Assembly: GCA_965263355.1 (NCBI GenBank)
Contig: CBDHHL010000039.1
Location: forward strand, 18,821-82,820
Reading direction: 5' to 3'
Length of the DNA: 64,000 bases
Origin: Leptolyngbyaceae cyanobacterium
GTDB lineage: Bacteria > Cyanobacteriota > Cyanobacteriia > Phormidesmidales > Phormidesmidaceae
The notes beneath the pieces were generated by a model. It did no database searches, had not been told where the DNA came from, and was given only the letters and a program-made list of their open reading frames with translations. The translations under genes were made by a program, and so were the position numbers. Shown in pieces: positions 46,784 through 56,391 of this stretch (positions are counted from its first letter, which is position 1; each line of letters begins with the position of its first letter).

Positions 46784-47575
46784 TTAGCCTCCAAGTCCTT
46801 TGATATAGTTCCAGATCATATGGTCATCAACTATGAAAGCCTCAGCAATCTGCCCCTTGATTGCTGAGGCAAACTTTTCGATACGAGTTACTGTGTCAGG
46901 CTCTTTGGCTCTAACATTCTGCCATTCGTCAGGGCTTTCTATGATTTTCCCCGTTTGGTGGTTCGTAATTATTTCGTGGCACCATGGATGAGATGCACCG
47001 ACTCTGACATCTAGGCCGATTAGGTCTAATACTTTTTTAGTTGTATCGAAGCTCAGCATAATTCGGCACACGGGGTCAGATCCATTACGCACCTGCCAAG
47101 TTTTATCTTCTAAGCCTAGCGCCCGGTGTTTATCGGCTCCGGCTTCATCCATGCCCCTGGGTGCTCCAAAGGTGATAATACTTTCAATAGGACAACCATT
47201 GTCAGCTGCAATCATGCCGAACATCAAAGAGATCGCGCCTCCAAGGCTATGACCAATCAGTTCTAACGGGCTATCTAATAAATGTTCTTTCTGGCAATGC
47301 TGCATAAATTTCAAAGCACCATCATAGAACCCAGTATGAGCCTTGAAATCTTTGCATTCTTTATGGGGCCAAAAAATTAGATTAGACCGCTTCCAATCAG
47401 ACCATAGGGTATCGGTGCCTCTAAAAATAATGGTTGTTTTTTCTTTGCTTTTGAGATACCAAGCGACATTATTTTCTATCGTTATTTTTTTATAGTGCTC
47501 AAGAAAGCCAGCTGGGTTTTGCAGATAAGAAGCGTTGGCCAGTTGAGCTTGGTAGATAAGTTTAGTTTGCTTCAT
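46784..47575 (-). CDS. Lipase class 3 (alpha/beta hydrolase)
   Basis: IFRGT, HTGF, GHSLGG, TFGAPR, N..DPV and C-terminal DH. Confidence 0.9.
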   Translation of the reverse strand: MKQTKLIYQAQLANASYLQNPAGFLEHYKKITIENNVAWYLKSKEKTTIIFRGTDTLWSDWKRSNLIFWPHKECKDFKAHTGFYDGALKFMQHCQKEHLLDSPLELIGHSLGGAISLMFGMIAADNGCPIESIITFGAPRGMDEAGADKHRALGLEDKTWQVRNGSDPVCRIMLSFDTTKKVLDLIGLDVRVGASHPWCHEIITNHQTGKIIESPDEWQNVRAKEPDTVTRIEKFASAIKGQIAEAFIVDDHMIWNYIKGLGG

Positions 47576-47769
47576 TTTCGCGGGAAACAGTTAGCAATTT
47601 CAATGCTTAATACGCCTGCAAAAAATAGCAGAACGCTTAAGGTGAACGCGAGGGCTAGTAATAGACCAAATGCTTGCAGTAGGAAAGATAGTGGGATAAT
47701 TTTTAGGATCTGCATTAGCAAAAAACCTATCAGGATAGGTTGCCAGGACCTATTAAATATCTTGATCAT
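47572..47769 (-). CDS. Small two-TM protein (holin candidate)
   Basis: Hydrophobic; in the lysis operon. Confidence 0.45.
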   Translation of the reverse strand: MIKIFNRSWQPILIGFLLMQILKIIPLSFLLQAFGLLLALAFTLSVLLFFAGVLSIEIANCFPRK

Positions 47770-47778
47770 TTTTTCTTT

Positions 47779-47997
47779 TTAGCTTTCTTTTTCTTCTTCT
47801 TTGAAGTCGCCTTCCCATTCTTTGAATATGCTTTCTTCATGTAAGTCGAACCCCGCGTTAATAATGGCAATTGAGATGGTCTCAAACATCCAGATAGTGG
47901 CGATCGCTTGCAGCACTGAGAATTTAACGAACCACAAAGCGATCGCGCCAATCAGAGCCATGCTAGAAGTGAATAGCTCTTTCTGCTTTTGAGACAT
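47779..47997 (-). CDS. Small two-TM protein with acidic tail (holin candidate)
   Basis: Hydrophobic; in the lysis operon. Confidence 0.45.
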   Translation of the reverse strand: MSQKQKELFTSSMALIGAIALWFVKFSVLQAIATIWMFETISIAIINAGFDLHEESIFKEWEGDFKEEEKES

Positions 47998-48094
47998 CAG
48001 ATTTCCCTATAATTGCGGTTTTATTGATGGGGATCAGCTAAGGTGTTTCCGTCGTTAATGGCAAACAGAAAATGGACTTTGTATTTTACGTTGC

Positions 48095-48137
48095 ATTGCC
48101 ACTGGCGTTGTTACTGTTAATGCCAGTGGCAATTTTC
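48095..48137. terminator. Hairpin/terminator downstream of the lysozyme gene
   Basis: ATTGCCACTGGC...GCCAGTGGCAAT. Confidence 0.6.
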
Positions 48138-48145
48138 ACTGAATA

Positions 48146-48883
48146 TCACTCGAACGATTTATAGACTCCTTCATTAAATAGATGGGCTTCAGACTTGCGA
48201 CGACGTACTAAGCCTTGCAATACTTTGTTGCCGCCTTTAACCCACATATTGAAGGCATCGGCTACGCCTTCGAATTCTTCGTTGTTAACCCGCTTTAATA
48301 GCGTGGAATCCTCCAATGCGCCAAGCCCGCAGTTAAAAGCAAAGCTGACTAACGCCGAAAACTGATCATGGGTTAAGGGCACGGTCACCAGCTCTTGAAC
48401 CCCATTCATAAAGCGTTTCAGGTCTTTGTGCAGCAGATCGTCGGCTTCATCCTGGGAGATCGTCATGCCTTCTTGAATATGCTTGCCAGTGCTGCCGTAG
48501 CCGATTGTTAGGACATTTGAAGCACAATAGTAAGCAGTAAGCTTGCAGCCTTCGAAAGCCTTTAGTAGCTCTAAGCCTTGATCACTAATTCGGTTGTATG
48601 TCGCTGCTGCAGCACGCACATTAGGATCTGTAGTATCTGCAACTTCGTAGTCGGTGTGGCTGGGCACCAGATAGACACTGTTTCGCCCGTCAACAGTCTT
48701 AAATTTTTCACCAGGGTCTTGAGATAGCGTGATATATAAATTGTCACGCTCTAATTCGGGTCTTGCTGCAATTATATTGATCCATTCGCCCGCTCTGACT
48801 GGCTCTTTTTCGTAGTCCCCTAGTTGGTCAGGGGGGACCGGCCTGTGCTTCAGGAATGAATCCTGTAAAAATGTTACTTTCAT
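48146..48883 (-). CDS. Endolysin, GH24 lysozyme
   Basis: FEG..L.AY.C....TIGYG, QF.ALVSFAFN.G and GLVRRR..E. Confidence 0.92.
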   Translation of the reverse strand: MKVTFLQDSFLKHRPVPPDQLGDYEKEPVRAGEWINIIAARPELERDNLYITLSQDPGEKFKTVDGRNSVYLVPSHTDYEVADTTDPNVRAAAATYNRISDQGLELLKAFEGCKLTAYYCASNVLTIGYGSTGKHIQEGMTISQDEADDLLHKDLKRFMNGVQELVTVPLTHDQFSALVSFAFNCGLGALEDSTLLKRVNNEEFEGVADAFNMWVKGGNKVLQGLVRRRKSEAHLFNEGVYKSFE

Positions 48884-48888
48884 AGCCT

Positions 48889-49725
48889 TTAGAATCCGTA
48901 GTTCCACTCTGCAAAATAACCCCTAGAGTCACCATGCGTAAACACACTGGCAGACGCTAGGGCCACGCCGTTTCTGATGCACCATGGCCGCAAAATCGTG
49001 TTGATCTTGTGGCATGGAATTTGTTTTTTGTTAATAAACACAAGAAAATCCGTCCCGTCACCATAGCAATGACGAGAACGACTTGCGCCGCCTACACGAC
49101 GGTTGGTTTCAGGGTCGCGATACCAGCTGTTAAATGAAATGCTGACTTTCTCAGGCGTCGTTTGATACGCATCTGCAATAACAGCTCTGAACTTTTCAAT
49201 AGTTACATCGTGGGCAACAATTCGACTTACAACGCCAGCATCAGCGGGCTTGCGCCATGATTTTGTCTTGGGGTCAAAATGTAGCGCCTCATACCACTTG
49301 TTTCTTCCCTTGCCATAGCGGATGGGGGCGCTCATGTTAAAGGTGCCAGAACTACCAGGCAACGAAAATTTGAAGTCGTAGGCGTTTACAATTGGCTTGG
49401 GTTGGCTCTCTATCCCGCCATTAAGTGTTGTGATTGTATTCCCGACCGCCTTTTGCTTCTTCTGCGCATCAGTGCCGCCGATGACGACGTGTTTTAGGAA
49501 ACAAAACCAGTTATGAAATTTTTGCTTTTTTCTTTTTAGTGAAACTTGAGCATAGTTGCCCTCATCAATCGGTGTGCCTGCATCGTCCTGTTGAGCTTCG
49601 GCCCAATTCAGTTCAAGCACGTCGCCTTCATGTAGCTTGAACTTTTGGTCTTCAGGCAGTTTGCTAGATTGGGTGATTATTCTCAGCAGCCAAGTGTCCC
49701 GTTTAGCGGTTAAGGTTTTAGGCAT
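48889..49725 (-). CDS. Endolysin, peptidase M15 family
   Basis: SWYR....N..VGGA..SRH..G...D and FTH.D.RG. Confidence 0.88.
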   Translation of the reverse strand: MPKTLTAKRDTWLLRIITQSSKLPEDQKFKLHEGDVLELNWAEAQQDDAGTPIDEGNYAQVSLKRKKQKFHNWFCFLKHVVIGGTDAQKKQKAVGNTITTLNGGIESQPKPIVNAYDFKFSLPGSSGTFNMSAPIRYGKGRNKWYEALHFDPKTKSWRKPADAGVVSRIVAHDVTIEKFRAVIADAYQTTPEKVSISFNSWYRDPETNRRVGGASRSRHCYGDGTDFLVFINKKQIPCHKINTILRPWCIRNGVALASASVFTHGDSRGYFAEWNYGF

Positions 49726-49870
49726 GGCCCTCTCCTGTTCTACAATTTCCAAATTTGGCCCCTGATGCTACTATTGTATCGAAAGCGGGGTTTTTATTAG
49801 CTTGTTTTCTCCTTTTCTCCTTAATTGGCTACTGCCTCGCAACTCATGGACTGCGGGGTATTTTTTTTGG

Positions 49871-49899
49871 TTGACATCTCCCTCTGCTATGCATATAGT
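49871..49899 (+). promoter_or_regulatory. Promoter TTGACA-17-TATAGT
   Basis: Near consensus. Confidence 0.7.
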
Positions 49900-49923
49900 A
49901 GAAAGGTAGCTAAGGAAAAGGCC

Positions 49924-50283
49924 ATGAATTTAGTCGAGTTGCAGAGAAAAAGGATGGATAAAGCCGGTCTAGTCGGCATCAAGGTCGGCACGTTCGCAGT
50001 GCGTGGGCTGTTGCCTGGAGACCCAGCCGACGCGCATTGTGCCACGTTATGCGTTAAAGATTCGGCCAAGTGGGATGATACCGGCTGGGTTCTGAAGGGC
50101 GAGGCCGCTTATGCCTTGGCATGTTCGGTTGAGCATGTATTCTTATGCCTCGACAATGCAGTCGAGCGGATTTCAGACGACGGAGACCCGACCGCCTACA
50201 GGACAAAAGATTCGGCTGAGTCTGTAATTCAGCTATTCGGCCTAATTAGACCAGAGCCTGAAATTGATTGGGAGTCTTTCTAA
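49924..50283 (+). CDS. Hypothetical protein
   Basis: ATG at 49924 after AAGGA. Confidence 0.65.
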   Translation: MNLVELQRKRMDKAGLVGIKVGTFAVRGLLPGDPADAHCATLCVKDSAKWDDTGWVLKGEAAYALACSVEHVFLCLDNAVERISDDGDPTAYRTKDSAESVIQLFGLIRPEPEIDWESF

Positions 50284-50650
50284 ATTGGCAAACGAAAAAA
50301 ATTTGATTGCTGGCAAAAATAAAAAAGAAGGCGGCAAGAGGACCACAATGATTTTGTCTGGTAAAGCAAGGGAAATAGCTTCTAAATTAGGGGGTGGAAT
50401 CATGGCTGCAGGCGTGGAAAAGGCTTTAAGACAGCAAAGTTTTATAGCTGAGGCAACAAAAGCTGAGTTTGATCCAGGACTGATCTTAGATTTTCTGGAT
50501 GCCATAGAAAGTGACCCGATTTATATGGCATGGAAGGGGGAACCAACGATTCCTCGATTAGAAGAGTACAGAGACGATATGGACTCTAGATTTTATTCCC
50601 AAGCTGCTTGGGATGCCAGTTGCGTTAACGAGCCTATCCTTCCAAAATGA
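50264..50650 (+). CDS. Hypothetical protein
   Basis: ORF. Confidence 0.55.
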   Translation: MIGSLSKLANEKNLIAGKNKKEGGKRTTMILSGKAREIASKLGGGIMAAGVEKALRQQSFIAEATKAEFDPGLILDFLDAIESDPIYMAWKGEPTIPRLEEYRDDMDSRFYSQAAWDASCVNEPILPK

Positions 50651-50847
50651 TTGAAATTATATCTCGGCACACCTATCAAGCGTCCTTAGGTTCTGAGGCG
50701 CAAGAGCAAATAGTTACGTTATACATAGATCCTGAAACGGAGCAAGGGAGACTAATAGAAACAACAGACGGCATTGAGACAAATCGAATAGAACTTTCTG
50801 CGCCTGCAGTGAGTGTTTTAGCTGAAAAGCTGAAAGAAAAAATTTGA
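50647..50847 (+). CDS. Hypothetical protein
   Basis: ATGA overlap with the upstream stop. Confidence 0.55.
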   Translation: MIEIISRHTYQASLGSEAQEQIVTLYIDPETEQGRLIETTDGIETNRIELSAPAVSVLAEKLKEKI

Positions 50848-50963
50848 TTGATCTCTTTTTTCAGGATTAGCAATTGTTAGCGTTGTAGATATATTTGGAT
50901 GAAATCGAAATGAATGCGGGAATATTATGGGGCCACGGGAACGGCCCCATTTTTTTGCCCTAT

Positions 50964-51395
50964 TTATTGACCAGGCGCGTCAACAGAAACGAACTCAGAT
51001 GTTTGCGCAGGGCCATTCTTGTTCAGTTTATTGAACTCGGTGGGCTTAAATTCATCGTCGATTGCATCCAGAAGAATTTTTAGCTCTCGTGGGTTTTCAC
51101 CGATTTTTCCGGCGACTTGACGCATCCGGGATGTCATGCCGAGAACAGTGACTTCACCAGCGGCTACTTTGCGCAGCACATCAGCAGTCCCATCAACCAG
51201 ATCAATATGTTGAGCCAGCTTTGCATCAATCATGGGGAGAATCGTTTTAGCGATCTCAGTGTATTTATTAATTCCTGGGATAAATCCTTTTAGTGTCCGT
51301 GCTAACCGTGGGTTGATCACTAGTAGTACGGTGGACAATGCAGGTGCGATCGCGCCTGCAAGAATCGGGTTTAACGTGTCAAAATTGATGTTCAT
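50964..51395 (-). CDS. Hypothetical membrane-anchored protein
   Basis: N-terminal hydrophobic helix. Confidence 0.55.
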   Translation of the reverse strand: MNINFDTLNPILAGAIAPALSTVLLVINPRLARTLKGFIPGINKYTEIAKTILPMIDAKLAQHIDLVDGTADVLRKVAAGEVTVLGMTSRMRQVAGKIGENPRELKILLDAIDDEFKPTEFNKLNKNGPAQTSEFVSVDAPGQ

Positions 51396-51519
51396 AGTTT
51401 CTCGCAGTAGCTTCACGCTAATTTTAGCTGTAGCTATCAAAATTGGATATAATGTCCAATGATAAAGTGGTTCGATTGTTAATAACTAATAACCCCTGTG
51501 TCTGCTTGAGCACGGGGTT

Positions 51520-51747
51520 TTATTTTTTGGGATATCCGCGTAGTTTTTCCCACACATAATCAATTCCCATGACATCCTGCAAATAGCGTACGGCTGCTGT
51601 TCTGACAAAATCGGCTTTCGTTATCCCTGTTGCATTACAATATTCAGCTATCAACGATTCGATTGCTTGAGTAAAAATCACAGTCGTTTTAGAGTCGCCT
51701 TGGTGGTCAGTTGGGGGCATGGTGCTATTAATTTGCCGTATCAACAC
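51520..51747 (-). CDS. CopG/ribbon-helix-helix regulator
   Basis: TTVIF....IAEYC...GITKADFVR.A. Confidence 0.6.
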   Translation of the reverse strand: MLIRQINSTMPPTDHQGDSKTTVIFTQAIESLIAEYCNATGITKADFVRTAAVRYLQDVMGIDYVWEKLRGYPKK

Positions 51748-51844
51748 AAATCAAATCGTGTTAACGTAGGCTGTATAACGGTTCATAGCCTATTTTACGG
51801 CTACCTAGGGGCATCTACCGACCGGCCCATTATTTTCACCTCCA

Positions 51845-52609
51845 ATGGATACATGGTTAAGCCCACGCGTAATTGAGCGATGCGGAGACAGAGAACTAAC
51901 GCATGAAATCAACCTGGCTCAGGTGCCGGTTCGCATCGGTCGATCACCTGGGGTATATGAAGCTGATTCTTATATTCGGATTGGGGCTATTGCTCCTACA
52001 TTGATTCAGAAACGCATTAGTCGCTGTCAGGCCACTATTACGTATAGTTCAGACGGAGAATACTATATTAAAGATGGCAACGGGACTGAAAGCGGGCTAG
52101 GCGTTTATTATGATGGGAAGCGAATTGAAACGCCTCTAAAATTATATCCTGGCATCCGTGAGTTATTGATTGTTCCTCAGCTTCAAGGGGCTAAATATGA
52201 ATGCCGGTTTCAATGGCTGAAAAGCGAACAGTTAGAGGGGGAAAACGAGGTTGATCCCCTTAAAACGATGGGCGCTCGCAACGTATATTTGGAGTCGCAG
52301 TTAGAGTCTAAAAATGCTGAAAACTCGCAGCTAGTGGGCGATGTGATCGCGTTGCAGGAACAAGTAGAATATTTAACTGCTCAGCATCAAAAAGAGAAAT
52401 TAGCAGAAGTTGAGCAAAATCATAAGATTGCTCAACTTTACACGTCATGGCAGAAATTGAAAAAGCTTTGGACGGTGCTGGGCGTTTTAATCGCGTTGAT
52501 TGCAGTCGTTCTACTGGGGATTGACCCTGAGTTGATTAATAAATTGATTAGCGGTGTTATTGTGTCGTTGACTGCTTTTGGAGTTATAAAGACGCAATCT
52601 GATGATTGA
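51845..52609 (+). CDS. FHA-domain protein with coiled coil and C-terminal TMs
   Basis: IGR, ISR.QA.I and YIKDG...S..GVY.DGKRI. Confidence 0.75.
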   Translation: MDTWLSPRVIERCGDRELTHEINLAQVPVRIGRSPGVYEADSYIRIGAIAPTLIQKRISRCQATITYSSDGEYYIKDGNGTESGLGVYYDGKRIETPLKLYPGIRELLIVPQLQGAKYECRFQWLKSEQLEGENEVDPLKTMGARNVYLESQLESKNAENSQLVGDVIALQEQVEYLTAQHQKEKLAEVEQNHKIAQLYTSWQKLKKLWTVLGVLIALIAVVLLGIDPELINKLISGVIVSLTAFGVIKTQSDD

Positions 52610-52612
52610 GGA

Positions 52613-53725
52613 TTAGCTTGCAAGTAAGTCCAATAAGCTTAGCTGTTGCTTTTTGGGTGCTTCCTCAGGCGTTTCGGTCTGTTGTTTTAGCCAGTCTAAT
52701 CTAGCCTGCTGCGATACAAAGCTTTGTTCTTTGCCGACTTTGCCACGGGCTACATCTGCCCAATGAGGATCAATATCAATCCCAATAAAATGTCGTCCGT
52801 GCTTTTTGGCAGCTACTAGAGTATTTCCGGAACCACAAAAGCAATCTAGGACTACTGAATTAGGCTTAGAACTAGCGTTTATTATGTGCGCCATCATGGT
52901 CAATGGCTTCTCGCATGGGTGCTTGCCTGGGTAGCTTTGCACTGTGGGGAAGTCCCATATATCCGTGTAGGGTACGTTTGACGATACGATAAACGGTCTA
53001 CGTAGTTCTTCGTATTGCTGACGTAGTTCTTCGTATTGCTGACGTAGTTCTTCGTATGGGCGTTGAAAGTAACCGGGGAATGATGATTGGAGGGTTTTGT
53101 ATTGGTCTTTTAGAGGTAACTTCCATTGAATAGGGCTAAAAAAATGCGAGTCATGCCCCCGCATCCCAAGAATATGTATTATTCGTCTATGTGCAATTTT
53201 GGCTTTGGCCCTCTCTCCATCTAGATATGCCCGCAACGGCTCAAACACAAACCCGCGTAACTCATCGCACTTTGCCTGATAACCTGCTTCGCCTTTAGCT
53301 GCGTTATCTGCGCCGTAATGTTCACAAAAGATAATTGATTCTGATGCAGGGAAATAGCCTCTAAGAATTTCTTTGCATGATCCTTTATGAAATCCTTGTT
53401 CCTTCCTCCACCGAATATTATTCAGCACATTAAACCGATCTCTCAACAACACCTCAACTCGTGCTGACATTTTTGTGCTCGCGAAACAATACAGGCTGCC
53501 ATTAGGCTTTAAGATGCGTTGCCATTGTGCGGCTAGCTGGTCAATCCATCTCAAGAATTCTGCTGAATTATCCCAGGCGAGATCCCACCACTCGAATTTG
53601 CCTTTAGAACCGCTCCCTTTTACCTTAAAAAAAGGTGGGTCAGTTGCTATTAGATCAATGCTGCTATCAGGGATCTTGTCCATCACTTCTAAGCAATCGC
53701 CCTGAATAACTTGATTTAATTCCAT
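52613..53725 (-). CDS. Beta-class N4/N6 DNA methyltransferase
   Basis: GDCL, TDPPF, HPCEKP and LDCFCGSG. Confidence 0.92.
   Translation of the reverse strand: MELNQVIQGDCLEVMDKIPDSSIDLIATDPPFFKVKGSGSKGKFEWWDLAWDNSAEFLRWIDQLAAQWQRILKPNGSLYCFASTKMSARVEVLLRDRFNVLNNIRWRKEQGFHKGSCKEILRGYFPASESIIFCEHYGADNAAKGEAGYQAKCDELRGFVFEPLRAYLDGERAKAKIAHRRIIHILGMRGHDSHFFSPIQWKLPLKDQYKTLQSSFPGYFQRPYEELRQQYEELRQQYEELRRPFIVSSNVPYTDIWDFPTVQSYPGKHPCEKPLTMMAHIINASSKPNSVVLDCFCGSGNTLVAAKKHGRHFIGIDIDPHWADVARGKVGKEQSFVSQQARLDWLKQQTETPEEAPKKQQLSLLDLLAS
53000..53057. repeat. 21-bp tandem repeat encoding YEELRQQ, about 2.8 copies
   Basis: ACGTAGTTCTTCGTATTGCTG repeated. Confidence 0.95.
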
Positions 53726-53881
53726 AGCAAAACTCAACACGATCGCACCAGTACATTATCCCCTGAAAATGCCAGAATAGACCTAAGCTGTCAACTTTGG
53801 ATATACTGTGAGATTCCGTTTAATTGAAAAGGTTGAAAGCTAGTTGGCATTGTCTAGATCTTTCGTTGATGGGGTAGAGCA

Positions 53882-54298
53882 GTGATGAACATAACTGATA
53901 GTGATGATTATGTAGCTTTGATGATTGCTGCGGGCTCTCTAGCCTTAGGCGCGATCACAATTGTTGCATCGGCTGTATCTGACAAAATGGGCGCTGCTGA
54001 GACGACTGGGGGCTATGCCGTAGCTACAACTGGGTTAAGTGGCGCTGCGGGCTTAGCGCAAGGTGGTGGAAAAAAGAAAGATGAAAAAGACATCCCTGAT
54101 CCTGAGCCTACAGTTCCCACGCCTGAACCTACCTCACCGACATTCAGCAGCCCAGTAGAACCCGTGAGTATCGATCCCCCTGGTGGTGTTGGTGATACTG
54201 GCTATGCTCACATGGGCTTTCAAGTGCCGTCAGTCGCTGGGGATACAGGCTGTCTTAATGCGACACTTTACGGCATGGAAGTTAACTTCATTCCTTAA
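53882..54298 (+). CDS. Membrane protein with Pro-rich tail
   Basis: Two TM-like segments; PDPEPTVPTPEP. Confidence 0.65.
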   Translation: MMNITDSDDYVALMIAAGSLALGAITIVASAVSDKMGAAETTGGYAVATTGLSGAAGLAQGGGKKKDEKDIPDPEPTVPTPEPTSPTFSSPVEPVSIDPPGGVGDTGYAHMGFQVPSVAGDTGCLNATLYGMEVNFIP

Positions 54299-54396
54299 AC
54301 ATCAAAAAACGCTCAAGTTTCTCAGACTCAGAGCGTTTTTGACGGTGGTGACCATGCCAGACGGCAAGGGGATTTAATGTGTTCTAGCCTAGCACT

Positions 54397-54921
54397 CTAA
54401 TTTTGTTTGCCATACAAAAGACGACAGTAGTCTGGCGGTAGTCCTTGAGCACCGTTTAAGATTTGCATGGATTCAACCAAAGTTTTGAATGTTTTAAGAT
54501 AAATATCTGGATTCTTTTCCGAAAGCCGATTACCTGCGATGTTCACTTTTTCAACATCATTACTACAAATATAATCGGCTAATTCTTCGGCGCTAGGATT
54601 TATTAGCAATAATTTTTTTAGATTTTTTGCAGTTCCTATTGTGAGCCTTCCACCTGGGCTATTTTGACGACCGAACCATACAGTTAAGTCCGTGTCAAAA
54701 ACATTTGCTTTTGTCCTAGGTGGATATCCAGCCTCAGGGTATTCTTTGAGTCCGAACATTTTCAGTGAGCAATCCGATATATTCTCTCCCGACCAAGTTT
54801 GGATCATGTAACCTTTGGCGGCCCATCCACCCGTTTTGAATCCGCAAAATCTAGCAGCATCTAAGCCCGCTCTATCTGCTCCGGTCTGGCCACCAGAATG
54901 AAACTCTAATTTCTTAAACAT
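54397..54921 (-). CDS. SLOG-family protein (putative MoCo-carrier type)
   Basis: SGGQTGADRA.LD.A, GGW..KG, Y..RT..NV and NIAG.R. Confidence 0.85.
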   Translation of the reverse strand: MFKKLEFHSGGQTGADRAGLDAARFCGFKTGGWAAKGYMIQTWSGENISDCSLKMFGLKEYPEAGYPPRTKANVFDTDLTVWFGRQNSPGGRLTIGTAKNLKKLLLINPSAEELADYICSNDVEKVNIAGNRLSEKNPDIYLKTFKTLVESMQILNGAQGLPPDYCRLLYGKQN

Positions 54922-54999
54922 TTTTTTGCGCTGCGTTGTACGGAATGGAAATTAAATTTATCCCTTGAACATCAAAAAACTTGAGCGTTTTTTGATGTT

Positions 55000-55551
55000 T
55001 TATTGCGCCCATTCAGATGCCCATTGAAATGACACATTAGCATTTTCGGCGGCTAATCGGTCACTCTCCATGTCTCCAACCATCAGACACGTTTCTGGAG
55101 ACGGAATAAACCCATGAACATCACATGCTGCGAGCAGCATTCCTGAGTCAGGCTTTCGATACAATCCTACGAATTCAGGGGCGGTTGGGTAGTTCTTGAT
55201 TACTCGCCAAATATCGTTGCCAGATGGGTTACTTGATCGACCAGCGTTGCGCCAAACTACATAACATTCCTGACCTTCAAAGTCAGGGCACAACCAAGCC
55301 ATAGAGATATAGGGAAGAATGTCCATTGCATATTGGACTTCTTCTATTGCACTATCAAGCGTTTTGTAACCAGCGGCTACCCCGCCCTGGTTGGTAACCA
55401 CACAGCAAATGTCGCCCTGACGCTCATGTCGGGAGATAGCGTCCTTAACACCTGGCAATAGCTCTTGACCTGTGGGCGTTTGGACATATTTATTGCCACC
55501 AGTTGGCTTGACAAGTGTTAAATCTTTATCGAGTAGGATTAGACGCTTCAT
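55000..55551 (-). CDS. HAD-IIIA phosphatase (GmhB/polynucleotide phosphatase-like)
   Basis: LLDKDLT, TNQGG, RKP..GM and MVGD..SD. Confidence 0.85.
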   Translation of the reverse strand: MKRLILLDKDLTLVKPTGGNKYVQTPTGQELLPGVKDAISRHERQGDICCVVTNQGGVAAGYKTLDSAIEEVQYAMDILPYISMAWLCPDFEGQECYVVWRNAGRSSNPSGNDIWRVIKNYPTAPEFVGLYRKPDSGMLLAACDVHGFIPSPETCLMVGDMESDRLAAENANVSFQWASEWAQ

Positions 55552-55624
55552 TATTTTCTAATATTTATTGACATCTCCTAATTTACACGCTACGCTTTTG
55601 AGCGTCAACATAAATATTGAATTG

Positions 55625-55867
55625 ATGCCAGACGTAAACATAGAGATTACGCTGGAGCTAGCCGAGAAAGTTCTTGACACCTTACCTGAACTACTTAAAG
55701 TAGAAACCCATGGCTTGACTCAAGAAGACTTAGGCTTAAAGCTAGGCTTAACAAAGTCTTCGGCCAGCACTACGATTTCTAGATACGAAAAAAGTTCATA
55801 CCATGGTGTTAAACTGTGGAGATTAAGAGAGGTTGTAAAAGCCCTTTCAGATCTAGTCCAAAAGTAG
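55625..55867 (+). CDS. XRE-family HTH regulator
   Basis: GLTQEDLG.KLG...TISRYE; promoter TTGACA-17-TACGCT at 55568. Confidence 0.8.
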   Translation: MPDVNIEITLELAEKVLDTLPELLKVETHGLTQEDLGLKLGLTKSSASTTISRYEKSSYHGVKLWRLREVVKALSDLVQK

Positions 55868-55975
55868 GCCAGAACAAAAAACGCTTTCAACAGAAGTATT
55901 GAATAACAAGGGTTGTAGCGTAGTTGATTAGTTGCGGTTGCAGCAGCAAGTCAAAGTAATTTAGGAATAAAAACT

Positions 55976-56236
55976 ATGAGTTTAGGTTTCGGCCTTGATC
56001 CAGACATTTGGACAGACGATCTCGATAAGCTAACGGCAAGCGACAGTAAAGGCGTTTTGTATGCTGGCTTTTCCAAAAGCAATACGCTTTTCTTTTTCAT
56101 TTCTATGGACCGGTTTGGAGAATTTAATTTGTGCAAGGTGACTCTTGGTAAAGGAAAGTCTGGGAGTTTAACTGCGCTTAAAACGCTGCCTAAATATTGG
56201 ACAGAAGCGAAGAATTTAGGCGTTAATTGGAGATAA
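55976..56236 (+). CDS. Hypothetical protein
   Basis: ORF with AGGA RBS. Confidence 0.6.
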   Translation: MSLGFGLDPDIWTDDLDKLTASDSKGVLYAGFSKSNTLFFFISMDRFGEFNLCKVTLGKGKSGSLTALKTLPKYWTEAKNLGVNWR

Positions 56237-56391
56237 GGTAGGTTAAATCGCTTGCTGTAACGTTGTACTCATCCCAGGGGCGATAAACGGGGTTATTGTA
56301 TCAGTCTTCATCGTCTCGCCCTGGTCTGTCCCTGGCACTGGTGAAACTGTCCCCTGGTAGACGATCTCTATCATTTCAACTTCAGTTTCTT

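Noticed and set aside
53000..53057. Phase-variation tract in the MTase
   Set aside because: The 21-bp unit keeps the frame, and similar YEELR repeats are usual in this phage MTase type
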